Notes under the pieces: model-generated
What the model was told of the DNA's origin: nothing
Seen by the model: only the letters and a program-made list of their open reading frames with translations
Database searches by the model: none
Position numbers and translations under genes: made by a program
Part shown: positions 22,387 to 37,300 of the stretch, piece by piece
Layout of the letters: each line of letters opens with the position of its first letter
Numbering within the stretch: position 1 is the first letter of the stretch
Source: Vezdaea acicularis
Taxonomy: Eukaryota
Direction of reading: 5' to 3'
NCBI GenBank assembly: GCA_026025075.1
Contig: JAPEUI010000038.1
Location: 62,001-126,000, forward strand
Length of the DNA stretch: 64,000 nucleotides

Positions 22387-24716
22387 GCTGTAGACTGATT
22401 TTTGACTTCAACTTGTTAACATCGCGATGCAATGCGGTACAAGAATACCCTAAAGCTAGAGCTCGGTTTGTTGAGACATGTTCGGCAAAGCAAGGCGACT
22501 TCGCAAGGGTCTAAAATTGCGCCCATCTTTTTATGGGCGAGCGCCTCGAAGCGGGTTTAGCGAAAACCCAGTCCGCCGCTCCTCTTGCTAATCATCCGCC
22601 AATCTTGCTCTCATTAATCAAATCACGACCTTCCTTAACACCGAGCATCTTCATCACGCCTCACGATGCTACGGGCACCTCACCGAGAATCATGTTCTGT
22701 ATGGAATAATCCGATCCCAATCTAGCCCTCTCGAGCGGTCTATTTCGATCGTATTTCAAGCTAGCCTAGTGCAAGCCCCATCACCGTGCCCTCCACGTGC
22801 CACTTCCCCCACCACGACGATGTGATATCTCAATGTGATATCTGACCGGCAGCCGTGCAGCGGTCTGACAGGAAGGCTTAACAAACGGCAAACCCCCCCT
22901 CGCCGAAGCGGGTCGAGAAATGGCCAGAGGAGAGGGAGGATTTGGCTTTTGCGCTATGTCCTGCTTGAGAGAGGGAGGAAGGGAGAGAGAGAAAGACCGG
23001 CGCAGTTCGTTGCAGCACAGCGCTGGAGGACACCGCCTTGAATCGCGCCATTACTCGCATAAGGCCGGCATCGCACTCGGTCAAACGCGGGGCATCAGGC
23101 GCAAAGAAAAGCAATTCTCCGCCATGCTTCGGCATGTTTTCTTTGCCTGGGGAATCCGGAGTATGGAAGAGAAAACAACTCTTGTGATATTCGTACGCCC
23201 TTGCGCTTGGACGTGCCCCAACCGGCTGCATCAGCCTTGTTCGATGGTGGTATGCCGCAACTTCCGCCGGCAGCCCACGGTCGACGTGGATAGATGGAGG
23301 CGAGAAGACGACGTGGGCGCACCGAGCAGTAGGAAAGGCTTTCCGGTCGATTCGTACAGATCGAAGCGTGCAGAGGAGGGGGAGAGGTGCTCAGCTCAGC
23401 TCCCTACCGAGTAAGGATAGCAACGTCGATTCCGCGGAAGCCAAGGGTGCTAGCAGCTCTGCACACCATTCAAGCTTCGTCTGCGTTGAACTCAATTCAC
23501 CTGTTCGCAACGCGCAGAACGAGCAGGGTGGTGCCGGTCTATCATGTGCGATGGATTGCTCATGCTTGGAGAAGCTTAGATGATATTGGAGGGCGTCGGA
23601 GACCTTGTGCTGGCATGAAGGTGGGACGGTTCCCGACGGTGTGGGCATGAAGCCGCGCATGTTTCGGACGATATCGTAGCGGCTTCTGAGATGATCTCCC
23701 TATCCGCCGGCCCTGACTCGTTGCCGCGCCGAACTCTAAGAAGTGGATGCTGGACTATCTTTTCGCCATTCGTAGCCGCTGATTGACTCGTGATATAATG
23801 GATGGCGCGATGCTGGGCTGTACGCGGCACCGTGACGAGCAATGCCCAGCTCGGCTGCGTGGCCTCGATGAGGCCCGCAGGTCCATGTGCGCGCCTCCCA
23901 GATGATGGAGGGTTGGCCGCGGTATGTGTAATCTGCTGCTGCGCTATTCGCCGTGCCATTTGCCCCACTAGCGCTTCGGCTCGTGCTTTTCTTTCTCGCT
24001 TTTCTTTGATGGTGCCCTGGCCCACCCAGCGCCGACCGCTTTCTCATCTCCTGCATCATGAGACGTCCACCCACCAAGAGCACATGTAGACGAGAACGCT
24101 CTTAATCCCCCTCCGCCTCCCCTCCACACCCTTCTATCTGCTCCTTCGACATTTTTCATTTTTTGCCCCGCGCTCTGCGCACTCCGGCTCTGCTGAGTTA
24201 TAGTTCTTCCGACTTCACTCCTCCCACCAGTAGATCCAGCTTCGCCACTGAACTCCACCGCACGAAGTCAAGGCCGTTTCGCCCAACGTCTGACGCGAGT
24301 GCACTGCTAGCTTCAGACGCGTTGCGCATTTGTCTGAATCCCACCAGCTGATCGATTGATTCCTCACAATCGGTCTCATATATTTGAGGTTCATCATGGC
24401 CTTTATACCTTTATAGCACCACTGTCCTTAGGGACAACAATCAATTACCCTCAATCCCACTCACTTTGGGGCTCCGTTCAAACCCAATCACATGCAAAAT
24501 CCACCTTGACTCACATACCTTAATTCTTCCTTTCGACATTCTTTCGATCCAAAAAGAGCTCAGAGAGGCTGCTCGATATCTCATATCTGAGCATCCACTG
24601 GCTCTCAAAACTTTCGAGTGGGCAAGCAGTACATAGCGCCCCTTCATCTACAAGTATACGAAGCTACCCTTTAAACTTCAAAAATCAATATCGTGCAAAG
24701 CCACGTACGAATCGAA

Positions 24717-27059
24717 ATGGGCTACAGCAAAGAGGACCCCTCAAAAGTCAACTCGCAGGGTGTGCTTACCCTTCAGAACCAACATCCATCCACGACTGAT
24801 GACGAGATGGTCGCGGATATCGATGAGCCGCCAGACGAAAAGATCCACTTCAGACGCCCAAATTATACTCCTTCCAAAAGTGAGCAAGGCAATAACACAT
24901 TTGCGAAATCAAAACCTCGACAAAATGGCAAAGATTCTCTTCTTACTAGAGCCCTTGTCACGACGCCACATGAGGGCTCCAAACCAGTTAGCCGTCATGA
25001 GCGTGAACTTCATGATATGATGAGAGGATTATCAAATGCTTCAACCTGCAGCAACGCTAGTGTCGCGTCGACGGCCGATCTCACCAGTGATGGACATACG
25101 TCGCCAGCTCGTAGCAATACACCCAGCCCACCTCTGCCAACAACACAATATATGCAACTACCCCCTCCAGCTAAGTTGGAAGCGATTAAACGGGTCGCGA
25201 TGGGACAAGAGGCGCAAGGTGTATCCACCGTCCATGACACTTCTCCGAAAGCAGAGTCGACGGTCGAAGCAGGACTAGGTAGAAAACGCTGTATAACGTT
25301 CGCCTGTGCCCGCAAGGCTGTGGACCAACGCTCAGAAGCACCTACGGTATCGAAAGAAGAAACCTCTCAAAATCTTACGAATGACAATGGGACTATGGTC
25401 GTCGCAAATAAATGTGATGATATACCAAGAAGACCCAGTGCACTCCGATTTGCTTGTCCTCGGCAATCTTCTCAAGAGACTGTAAAAACACCAAAGCAGG
25501 CCCCTAAGAGATATAAGAGCCCCGCCCCAATATTGAGGAAGTCTCTATCGGTTTCTCGGACACCAACACAACGCAACAGCCAACCTAGAAGAGAGACTCC
25601 ACTACTCCCCTCAAGCTCAGCCGTTCCGAACGTGGAGAAGCCGAAGGCAAGGAAACAAATCGATCCCGAAAGCGAAGCGGTAAGATTCCATGAGTTCGCA
25701 AGCTCATTTGAAGAACAAGACGAATGGACCCAAGAGTCTACTGTCCGCCGGGAGAAATTGACTGTTCAAGGCGTCTTAAAGAAAGAAGAGCGGTTCAGAC
25801 GCCTTGGTGAAGAGGCCGAGGAGGAGGCATTACAAGACGAGGAAGAGCTTGATGAAGAAGGAGCGGACGAAGATGAGGATGATGCCGACAACAATGACGA
25901 TGACGACTCTGTCGTTTCGGACGAGGGAAATGAGACCGACGATGAGGAAGGCTTCGCGGATTCTGACGAGGAAAGCGATGCAGGGTCTGAGTACCGGTTC
26001 TGGGTGCCAGGTCATACAACGTCTTCAGCAACGGTAGACGATGCCGACTCTATGCGACGCATCGCTCCACGGACAGCATCGATCTCTTCTCTCGAGTCGC
26101 CCTCTCATCATGAAGACCTCGTCCCCCATCGACCAGATCCTGAACACGCTCCAAAGACTCGATCCCGGCCCAAGAAGATCCGCCCACGAACCCCAGAACT
26201 CCCAGATAGCACCGACTTCGTTTGTGGTACCTTGGATGAGGATCGCCCAATGGAAGCTGCGTACGTATCACGGATTCAAGAACGTAGGCGCTCGAAGCAT
26301 ATCATCATTCCTCAGGATATAGATCCTAGTTTTCCTAGATCCGACCCCGAGGATAATGATGACCAGGATGAAGATGTAGAAGAGGAAGGTCATGAACAAG
26401 GCTGGATCACAGGTCAATTCGACGAGGACGGTCCGGCAACAATACATCGTCGGAGTAGGGCAAATTCTCGTCCCACACCTTCCCATTCCCCAACAAGGCG
26501 CCCATCGCCTGCGCCTAGAAGACTCGGGAATGCGACGCGCTCTCCACCCCCTCGGGGCATATTTGGGAAGTCTCCCAAGCGATTACGCTCACCTCCACCC
26601 GCTCGACGTCTTAAGTCGCCGCCTGGAAACCGTCGGGCTTTGGTAGCAGCGCCAGCTCGCCCTGAACCTATTGGCATCAACCTAGCGCCACTCGCCGAAC
26701 GCCCAGGCCTTACCCATACAAAATCTCTCCCTCGAACCCCTAATCCATTCATACGCCGTTACAACACATCAACAAGCGTGCGTCTCGATGGAAGTTCCAC
26801 CGCGGCTTCTCCCGATAAAATGGATACTTTTGCGGTTGATATGCACAATCGCGGGGCTATTGATATCGTGAAAGGTCTGGAAAAGAAACGACAGCGGCGC
26901 AAAGAAAAGTTAGCAGAGAAGCTCGCACAAAAAAACCAGCACCGTGCTGCAAAGGAAAAAGACCGCAAGCCCCCACCTGGGAAGGGCGCGCAAAGGATGA
27001 GGGAAGTTGGATTAGAGATGGCTGGCAAGGGTCGACAGAAATATGTCCTTTCGATTTGA
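24717..27059 (+). CDS. Conserved fungal protein, DUF2457-like (acidic and Pro/Arg-rich)
   Basis: Intronless; RFHEFAS, acidic tract DEGNETDDEEGFADSD, ELPDSTDFVCGTLDEDRP, PQDIDPSFP, RGAIDIVKGLE, GKGAQRMREVGL. First ATG at 24717. Confidence 0.78.
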   Translation: MGYSKEDPSKVNSQGVLTLQNQHPSTTDDEMVADIDEPPDEKIHFRRPNYTPSKSEQGNNTFAKSKPRQNGKDSLLTRALVTTPHEGSKPVSRHERELHDMMRGLSNASTCSNASVASTADLTSDGHTSPARSNTPSPPLPTTQYMQLPPPAKLEAIKRVAMGQEAQGVSTVHDTSPKAESTVEAGLGRKRCITFACARKAVDQRSEAPTVSKEETSQNLTNDNGTMVVANKCDDIPRRPSALRFACPRQSSQETVKTPKQAPKRYKSPAPILRKSLSVSRTPTQRNSQPRRETPLLPSSSAVPNVEKPKARKQIDPESEAVRFHEFASSFEEQDEWTQESTVRREKLTVQGVLKKEERFRRLGEEAEEEALQDEEELDEEGADEDEDDADNNDDDDSVVSDEGNETDDEEGFADSDEESDAGSEYRFWVPGHTTSSATVDDADSMRRIAPRTASISSLESPSHHEDLVPHRPDPEHAPKTRSRPKKIRPRTPELPDSTDFVCGTLDEDRPMEAAYVSRIQERRRSKHIIIPQDIDPSFPRSDPEDNDDQDEDVEEEGHEQGWITGQFDEDGPATIHRRSRANSRPTPSHSPTRRPSPAPRRLGNATRSPPPRGIFGKSPKRLRSPPPARRLKSPPGNRRALVAAPARPEPIGINLAPLAERPGLTHTKSLPRTPNPFIRRYNTSTSVRLDGSSTAASPDKMDTFAVDMHNRGAIDIVKGLEKKRQRRKEKLAEKLAQKNQHRAAKEKDRKPPPGKGAQRMREVGLEMAGKGRQKYVLSI

Positions 27060-27820
27060 GTAGCAAAAACTCGGTTCAATACGACAGTCCAATGGGATAG
27101 TGCCCACCACGTAGGTGACAGAGCTCTCTACGAACTCTACTATTCTTTGTGAAAATTCCGTTTTAGGATCATGTGCATACTATCAAAGGTTCGCTCATTG
27201 CGACTGCGTCCACGGCCGTGTGAATATTCTTTAGCATTTAGTTATCAGTGACAGTTTCATATGACGGATACTGGCATTTTGGCTCACTTTTCAGATACCT
27301 CATCAGCGGGTCCAGTCTTTTCTCTTAGACTCAGCGTTTGTAAGGCCTACAGTAAGCATATGGAGGAAGGGAACGGTGAAGCATTTAGCATCTTGGAGCC
27401 TCGGAGGCATTTTGCATTTGTCGATATAACGAGTCTCTTTAGATAGCTATCGATCTATCAGCCATGACGAAGAACTGATCTGATAAAATCTGAATACCAA
27501 ATCTAGAATCCAAGAACAAAAGACTTGCCTATATATAGATTTCAAGAATAGAGTTTTATAAGTATAATATTTGCCATTGCTCGCCTCCAAACTTTCCATA
27601 CATCCTTGGGCGGACCTTGCTCGGCGGACCAAGCGAGCATCCCTTGCCCGGATTTTGGCCACCTAACGAAAAGGCGAATGCTCGTCAACATTTAAAAGCT
27701 ACACTATCAATCACACTCCTAGAAAATCAATAAAGCTTTGGCCAAACAGGCAGCACTTGTGCACATTTAATTTTTAAAAGATCACGGTAATTATCTGCTA
27801 GCAATAAGGCAAGCGTAGCT

Positions 27821-28696
27821 ATGTGGATCATCGACTGGTGTAAGTGCGTCCTCATCCACAAACTTGGAAGATCGAGTTGCTTGCTTCTCGATAATACGTC
27901 AAGCAAGGCACAATCCTCTATTTAAACACCAACTAACCCTTTTATGTAGTTTACGATGTTCTTGCCTCACTCGGGCTTCTCAATAAACATGCGAAGCTCT
28001 TGTTTCTTGGCCTCGATAATGCGGGAAAAACCACCCTCCTGCACATGTTGAAGAACGACCGAGTTGCAATCCTTCAACCAACGCTTCATCCGAGTAAGTT
28101 TTCGCTGCTGATCTGGAGAGCTAGTTTCGAATATCGCTCTTAAATGGGATAAATTTTGAACTCTTAATAGCATCCGAGGAGCTTGCTATTGGCAACAATA
28201 GATTTACCACGTTTGATCTGGGCGGTCACCAGCAAGGTACGTAGCTTCAGTTCTATTATTCGCCCACGACCACATGCTAATTAGTTTATTGCTTCTTAGC
28301 TCGGCGACTATGGAAAGACTATTTCCCCGAAGTTAGCGGCATTGTTTTTCTCGTTGATTCAAAGGACCGAGAGCGATTGCCAGAATCCAAAGCCGAACTC
28401 GATGCCCTTCTATCAATGGAAGATCTCGGCAAAGTCCCTTTCCTCATCCTTGGAAACAAAATTGATCATCCAGATGCAGTCAGTGAGGAGGAGCTCAGGC
28501 ATCAGTTGGGTCTTTATCAAACTACCGGCAAAGGCAAAATACCGCTTGAAGGCATTCGGCCGATCGAGGTCTTCATGTGCAGCGTAGTCATGAGGCAAGG
28601 TGAGTCGAAAACAGCTAGTTGTACTCTATTATGCACTAATGACACCATTTTGTAGGTTATGGCGAGGGGATTCGGTGGTTGTCTCAATATGTGTAG
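27821..28696 (+). CDS. SAR1: COPII small GTPase Sar1
   Basis: [55 protein letters not shown]; four introns. Confidence 0.98.
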
Positions 28697-30380
28697 ATTT
28701 TAAGGCGACATCCCTCGTTCCTGGAAGAAAAGAAAATATAAGGAAGACGAGGACAGTTTCGAAGATAGAGACCTCCTATGAAGGCCTGGGACAAAGCGCC
28801 CGGCAGCGATATCAAGTTGAGGGCCCCTGGAATCGATCGCGAGTATCACACCCTGCAATCACCCTGACTTTGCCACTACTGAATGGACGCTCTACGACAT
28901 CTCTCTGCGGGCCTTCAATGATTTCTTTAGTGATTTTTGAAGTCTTTAAGCAAGCACACACATTTCTGAATGAACATGTAGAATGTATGTGGCTGATCAG
29001 TTTTACCCCTTATGTTACAATTACCATTCGCGAATTGCATGTCAATTTTTTTGGATCTAGTGAAGAATGGCCCCACTATTGACGCCGGTAGAGACATTTA
29101 GACTTTGTTGTGTCGCTTGCATGACCCAATGAAACGCGCAAAGTGCACATGGACATAAATAAGCAGCGGCGAATTTTCGAATGGCTCTGGAGAACCTCCA
29201 TATTATGGGACCCTTAGCAAGCAGTACCTCCCTTTAGAAGCCTCGAACTTCGAAGACTTTCTAGCCATCGCAGATTTTTCACACCCTCTGTTTAGCGCAT
29301 CGAGCCACATACTTTTTGCGCCTGGGGTCGAAACTGGGCTAGAAACAGCTCTTTTGGGGGGTTCGGGGGGTTGCCCAGGCAAGCAAATATGGAGAATAGG
29401 ATATTGATGTTCCCACAGATGTGATGATTGTTTAAGACGTTTGCTCGCAAGCCAGAGAAGACAGCTCTTCCATAATGTTCAAGTTCCGCAAGACTCCGCT
29501 TGTAAAAGTCATGTTGGTGTCAGTTGCTATATGTCAGCTAACGAGGCCCCTCCCCCCCGCTTTCGATCAGACGTGAATTGTGTTGTTACCTTCAGCCACG
29601 CTACGTCCAATTGACTACTCTTCATGAGAGAAATTCCATTCACGGCAGACTCTAGTGCCCAAGTGCGCTCATCAAAAGTGGTCAATCAGTAGCTTTCGTA
29701 ATAGGCTAAAACGTAGAACACATCTGGTGGCTGTGCTCCTTGCGCCAAAGTGAAAGGACCCTCCCACGCAAAGCCGAAACGAGAAAACCGAGCCAAGTTT
29801 CTTAAACACGCCCACTCATCAACGGCAAAGAAGCAACCTGAACACCACACAGCACCGGTACCGGGCATTCACCTCAACACACGACGAAGTCGTCGATCAT
29901 AATAATACATTACCCACAGAAGAGACTTTTTTCCGCCGAAGAGTCCAAGCATTCCAATCTCACCTTCTTTACTCTGTGGACGCGCAAGCTGACGTTTGCC
30001 CATCCGCCCTCTGTCGCCGCGATAAACCGTTAGCGGTGAAAACTGAGCCATCCCAAAGCTGCCTCGATCGACGTCCCGCCTCACCCACCGTGCCTGCTAC
30101 ATCTGCAAATTCAAAACTCCAACGCGACTGAACGTTCAACCTGTACTAACAGGAAAACCGCAAACGTCTTCTAAGACTCCAATACTTGTGATCGTGCAGT
30201 CCACCTCGTCCGATTGGTTTAGAGGAGACTCGCGTGTGGTCTTGGACTCGCCATTGGCGACCTCGAGGGGCTCTACATACTCCTGCTTGCCTCTCCAGCC
30301 AGCAAGCCGCTGGAGTATTGCATCTTCAGCATACAAAGAACTTTAGCCGAGTGCCAAAAAGAACGGGTCAAAAACTTCCT

Positions 30381-30485
30381 GTAAGTGTTCAAATTTACTG
30401 GCCTGCCTGTTCATCTCACGGTAGTCAAGAGACGCAACAGCCTCACCCGTGCCCTGCGCGGGCACCAATGCTAACAACGCGTCAG
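30381..30485 (+). other. Putative 5' UTR intron of the PP1 gene
   Basis: gtaagt donor at 30381, gctaac branch point, cag acceptor at 30485, 126 nt before the ATG. Confidence 0.65.
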
Positions 30486-30611
30486 AGTCTACCAGATAGA
30501 AAATCTTCTAGAGTGTGAACCACAAGAAGATAGTCCCGTGAAAACTTCGACTGTCGGCTTTTTCTAGCCTTACCCCCCAACGTACCACTCAGATCTGATA
30601 TTCGCAAAGCT

Positions 30612-31839
<1,228 letters not shown>

Positions 31840-32866
31840 ACCAACAAACTTTCTCGTGTGTATAGCAGGTTCGGACGAAGAGGATGATCGCCACCTCTGT
31901 ACTATCTTTCCTCCCCCTAGCCTCTCCGTCGCCAATCACGCCTTCGAACTTCCCTCCTCATCTGACGACGCACGAAATCGCATACTATTGACAAACATCG
32001 ACACCCAAAGACCTTCCAGCCACTCTCCGATCTCGACTATGTGCTTTGATAAAGACATGCCTCTTCGCTGCGGACCAGGTAGGCTGGTTTTCGGGGCAGC
32101 CGGCGGTAAGGGCATAACTCTTGTAGGGCGGAAAATACCCTATCCAAACATTGGCATGGCTCTTCCTTCTTTGCTCTTGATTTCTTGTATGAAGCTGCTG
32201 CATCTGTACCGGGCAGCTTGTGATGGAACGGGGCCACGGGAGGGGTGTCTTCTATGGTTTAGCTGGCTAAGGACTTGATTTTCTCTCTTTTTGTGACAGA
32301 ATGTGCTCTTCCTGTTTCCACCTCTTCCCCGGTGAGTCCGCATGTTGCGCGTGTCGTGGACGAGCTTATACGAGAACGGCATGAGTGCTATGCTTCGAAT
32401 GCGAATGAGCTAACTCCAGACCAGATTCCTGGTGTTGCTTTGGTGTGCACAGCCCCGCCTCGATGTTCACTCTATAGGTGAGACTGTATCCGTATCTGAT
32501 CGTACAGTAGTGACTCAAATGGCTATGGCCATATTCCATGCCCTTCCTCCATCTGCGCGATACACGTTTTCAGATATACTAAAATTCAAGGCTTGCGCCC
32601 AAGACCTTCGTAACTGTGGGCCCCTTTCCAAGCTAAACCGTGGGTTTCAAAATTATCAGAGAAACCCCTAGGCTATGGAGTACCATTCATGCATCAGCAA
32701 GAACCTACAAGCCAAATTGTCTCCCTCAATGTCGGTCGTACGTCTGATCTCCGAGAGACTGCTTTCCCACGCAACCCAATAGCCTACTCATGACATGAGG
32801 CCATTCGCCCTCGCATCAATCCCTTGCTCCCTGTACCATTCTAACGTGCAAAGTAGAGTCAGTGCC

Positions 32867-33718
32867 TCAAATCTCCGCCACGAAATTGAACGGGGACATC
32901 TCAAACTTACGCCTCCCATGCCTCGTCACGTCGCCGATCCTCACCTTCGGCCGCTCCATCCACACCTTGCCAAGCCAACACGCCACGACCAGATCGCGCA
33001 TCTTCTCCTCCACACCAGCTTTGATCTCCAGAAAGAGCTTGCCTGCGTCATCCTCCGACGGCGCCGCGCTGAAGTTGCCCTCCTCGGCCAGAACCTGGCC
33101 GGTGCTGAGCTTCCACAGCCCCTTTTGTTGCTTGATCGATATTCCGGCGCCCTTGAAGAAGACGCCCCAGTATGACCTGCCGAACAGGCGCATGTGGAAG
33201 CTCATCTGGCCCACGCCATTGAAGGTGCTGGCGCGCTGCCCGCGGATCTCGAGGTTGGTCGTGAAGGGCGTGCGCTGGATGCTGTAGAGGGAGACGTGCC
33301 GCTCTTTGGGCTGCGGGGGCGATGCGCTTGCGCTGCTGGTTGAGAGGCGTGTACTGTGTGTTACACGCTCGAGACTGATGCGGTCTCCCCCGCTGAGTGT
33401 TGTTGGGAGGCTGTACATGGGCGTTGTTGGCTGTAGCGCCCAGTAGATGCGGGTGTTGGCTAGGAAGAGGGGGAGGGCGGGAATTGTCTCGGGAGTGGCA
33501 TAGGGCGGAAGAGTGTCGGTGGTAGCGGGGCGTGCTGTGGGGTTGTAAGTTGGAGAGGGAGGGGCAAGGGCGTAATTTGGAGGAGTGGAGGTAGGTGGAC
33601 TTGATGGCGGGGTGTCGGATCTGGGTTTAGGTTGCGAGTAGGTTGGAGGGACGTCGGGAAGGGTATTCGAAGAAGGGGAAAGGGTTTCGGAATCACGATT
33701 AAATATTGAGAGAGACAT
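32867..33718 (-). CDS. Hypothetical protein with Pro-rich N-terminus carrying PY motifs
   Basis: 283-aa intronless ORF; PPTY, PPNY, LPPY motifs; beta-rich C-terminal half ending RDLVVACWLGKVW. Confidence 0.75.
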   Translation of the reverse strand: MSLSIFNRDSETLSPSSNTLPDVPPTYSQPKPRSDTPPSSPPTSTPPNYALAPPSPTYNPTARPATTDTLPPYATPETIPALPLFLANTRIYWALQPTTPMYSLPTTLSGGDRISLERVTHSTRLSTSSASASPPQPKERHVSLYSIQRTPFTTNLEIRGQRASTFNGVGQMSFHMRLFGRSYWGVFFKGAGISIKQQKGLWKLSTGQVLAEEGNFSAAPSEDDAGKLFLEIKAGVEEKMRDLVVACWLGKVWMERPKVRIGDVTRHGRRKFEMSPFNFVAEI

Positions 33719-34395
33719 TTCAAGATGTCAATATCAATAGTGAACTTAGGATGACTGGCTGATACAGACGTTGAGACGATTTTGGACGAACATTTGAAGT
33801 TGATGACACGGACGAGTGCCCCGCATTTTATATTCGGACGGGCGCAGCAGTACAGAGATCCCCTAGCAAGCATACCAGATTTTCCGGCAGTTGAATCATA
33901 GAGAACAAACAGGTAAGGGGAAGCTCACTGAGCTGCAGGTCAGAATATTAGGCGTGGGGCGTATATCTGCAGTGGCGTGGAGCGCAGATATAGAATGCGG
34001 CAGTGCGGGCACATGGAAATTCGTCTTTGATGATGATGAGCTAACGTAGAACTACGGGAGACGGTAGAGCGCAGGCGTACCCGCTACCAGCGCTAAGCGA
34101 GATATATGGACTGCAACACGGTTGCAGATTGTAGTTTGTATGGAACTTTTCACTTTCAAAGCATACCTGTAAACCTTCCGACTTGGCTGCGAGTCTTGTT
34201 ACTCTGTTGTAACGCGCTCCTTAGTTGGGAGATTTGATTCCTTGTGCGGAAAGCCTTCTGCCGTCTGGACCCGCTGGTTTCTACGCATTTGCCTCGCGTC
34301 TCCCAGGCTCACCCTTAAATGATGCTCTCCGCTTTAGCAGATATCCCTTGATCACATCAAGCACCACCTTCATTCGCCTAGACATAGAACTCGTC

Positions 34396-37300
34396 ATGGC
34401 TCCTATTTCTCCATCCAACCGCCTCTCAAGCGGCCGAAAGCGCACCTCGGCTCATCGGCCTCGTGGTCGTCCACCAAACTCGCGTCCCAGCACAGCAAAT
34501 GGAACTCCTGGTCCCCCACTCAAGAAGCGCAAGTACATACCTGGAGGCCCAGGAGGTGGGGGACGATACGTCGATATCGATGGCACCGAGACACCAGTGG
34601 GGGGGACTGGCCCAGGTGGATACAACTACACAGGTAGCAGGGGGCGCGTCGGAAGAGAGAACGCGATGAATGGCGTCACACCGAAAACTTATCCTCGACG
34701 TGCAAGAGAACGAGTACGGACGGTACCCACATCGCGGTTCAGCTCTGCAGCTGCAGCTGCCGCCGCGGTGGTGCAAGGGGATGGGTATAAGCCTAGGGAG
34801 GAGCGGGGTTGGGAAGAGTTCCATCCCCATCTGGATATTGAGGCGAAGTTCATGATATTCAGTGCCGAAGAAGTGGACGGTATTGCGACAGCGTCGGCTG
34901 CGACACCTGAAGAGTCGAGCTTTACTCCTAGGCCAGCAGAGTCAGGAATGACGAACGGACATAGTATATCAAATGGAGATGCTTTTGCAGCGTCTCCAAC
35001 TCCAGGAGCTAATGGAGATGCGGATGCGAAGTCTACAGCGTCTGGTAGTGGGGATCTTGTATCAAGATTGAACATCCTGGAAAATGTCAAGACTCCGCTA
35101 AGGCGAGGACCTGGTCGGCCCCCGCGAAGAGAATCATCTATGAATGGCCTGTCGACACCTAGGGTGATACCGTTACCGGGACCGAACCCAAGGGAGAGGC
35201 TCACCCTTCCCAAGCCATCTTTCCGCAAGATCGACCCGTTTGAGTTCTACGAACAGAAGTCAGCAGGTCAGCAGCGATATGTGGACCGCTCCATGGCAAG
35301 CGTTGGATATCAAGAAAGCGATATCTTTCATCGGCCGGAGTCCAAGCTGATCAGGGTATCAGAGGGGACAATCGAAGAAGATTTAGACCTTGGGCCGGGT
35401 TTTAAGAGTGATGGCGAAGCGACTGGAGCTTTAGGAGCTGCTAAAGTTGGGACTGTCGAGTATGACATGGACGAGCAGGATGACAAGTGGCTCGCAGCGT
35501 ACAATGCCCAAAGAAAAGAAACAGACGTTGAGGCAATAACGCGAGACGTATTTGAGATCACCATGACAAAGATCGAGAAGGAATGGCACGCCCTCGAAAA
35601 AAGTAAGTTGATGTGCTGGCTAACTGTAAGAGAGCCTAAACGCTGACGATTTTGTTAGGAATACCGAAACCTAATTCTAAGCCTCCCCAGACTCACAGAC
35701 CGCGTTCGAGCTCTGCAGCAGCAGTGAACGGAGAGCCTGCTGGAGCTGCTGGCGAAGAACAAGATAGCAAATGCGCCATTTGCGATGATGGTGACTGCGA
35801 GAACACGAATGCAATCGTTTTTTGTGATGGGTGCGATCTAGCAGTTCACCAAGAGTGCTACGGTGTACCGTTCATTCCGGAAGGGCAGTGGCTCTGCCGC
35901 AAATGCCAATTGATAGGCCGTGGTACACCGACTTGTATTTTCTGTCCAAACATTGAAGGAGCGTTCAAACAAACGACAACATCGAGGTGGTCCCATTTGC
36001 TCTGTGCGATCTGGATCCCTGAGGTTTCTCTAGGGAACCCTACCTTTCAAGAGCCGGTCATGGATGTAGAAAAGATCCCGTCTAATCGATGGAAGCTTGT
36101 AAGTCTGATGTGTAGTGATTCCCTTGACCAATGCTAACCAATTTGTATCTAGACGTGCTACATTTGCAGACAAAAGATGGGAGCTTGCATACAATGTGGT
36201 AACAAAAGCTGCTACGTCGCATTCCACGTAACCTGCGCCAGACGTGCTCGTTTATTCTTGAAGATGAAGCCCACCCACGGTGGTCCCGCCAACTTCGATT
36301 CAAGTGTCCTCAAAGCATACTGCGACAAGCATGTTCCTCAAGACTGGAGACGCGAAAATGATGTTGATGCAGCCTTCCGAGATGCGCAGGACTATTACCG
36401 CCATACCATGCGTCATCGCCTCTGGGCCGACAGTCAAACAGCCGCCTGTGCCATAATCCCTTCGAACCATCACGTAGCACCCAACTCACCGGAAGAGAGC
36501 ACTGGGTTAAAGATCAACTTGGTTGTAGGCGGAAACAAACGTAAGCGCAACCAAGGACCACCAAAGCCCGTGTGGCGGCTCCCCTCGGGCGCGCCTGTCA
36601 TCCCCCAAGTACTGTACAATGCTGTGGAGAGCTCAATGGCACGCTTTAATATCCGCAAGCGCAAAGAGTACATCGCGGAGGCGTGCAAGTTTTGGACCCT
36701 GAAGCGCGAAGCTCGACGGGGTGCAGCCCTGTTGAAGCGACTCCAACTACAAATGGAGAATTTTTCGTCAATGGAGATCACGCGACGCAATTTTGTCGGT
36801 ATGGGTGCTGCTGGAGGCGTGCGGTTACAGCGGCGTATCGACTTCGCACACAAGCTAAAAGCGGACATGGAGTTCTTAAAGAAGCTGTGTGCCGAGGTTA
36901 GGACAAGGGAAGAAGAGAAGCTAAAGGATGCAAGATTACTGAAGAACTATGTTGATACGGTCTACTTTCCTCTCGTGCCCCTTCTCTGGCTGGTGCTAGA
37001 TAAAGCAAATAGGTAAGCTCGCTCGTCTTCTCCCAAATTTGACTGGAAGCTAACGTCCACCCAGTCTCGACGGAAAAGGTGTCTTCCGCGCTGGCCTCTC
37101 CACTTTACGCGGTAAGCTGGAGAAGCGCTTCTACACCACTGCAACAAACTTTACGCACGATCTTTCCCTTGTCTTCAGCTCCGCTGTCAACGCCTCCCAA
37201 CCCTCTCCGCCCGAGGCCTCGACAGCCAACAACGACACGAATCCTCTGAATGCCAGTATGGCATCTCCAGAAGCCCCTTCAACCATTATGACAACCAGTC

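Noticed and set aside
22835..24650. Many overlapping 60-160 aa ORFs
   Set aside because: Expected by chance in GC-rich intergenic DNA; no domains or consistent splice structure.
27610..27690. Hairpin-like gctcg...cgagc segment upstream of SAR1 as an ncRNA
   Set aside because: Short stem only; no snRNA, SRP, RNase P/MRP or tRNA signature recognised.
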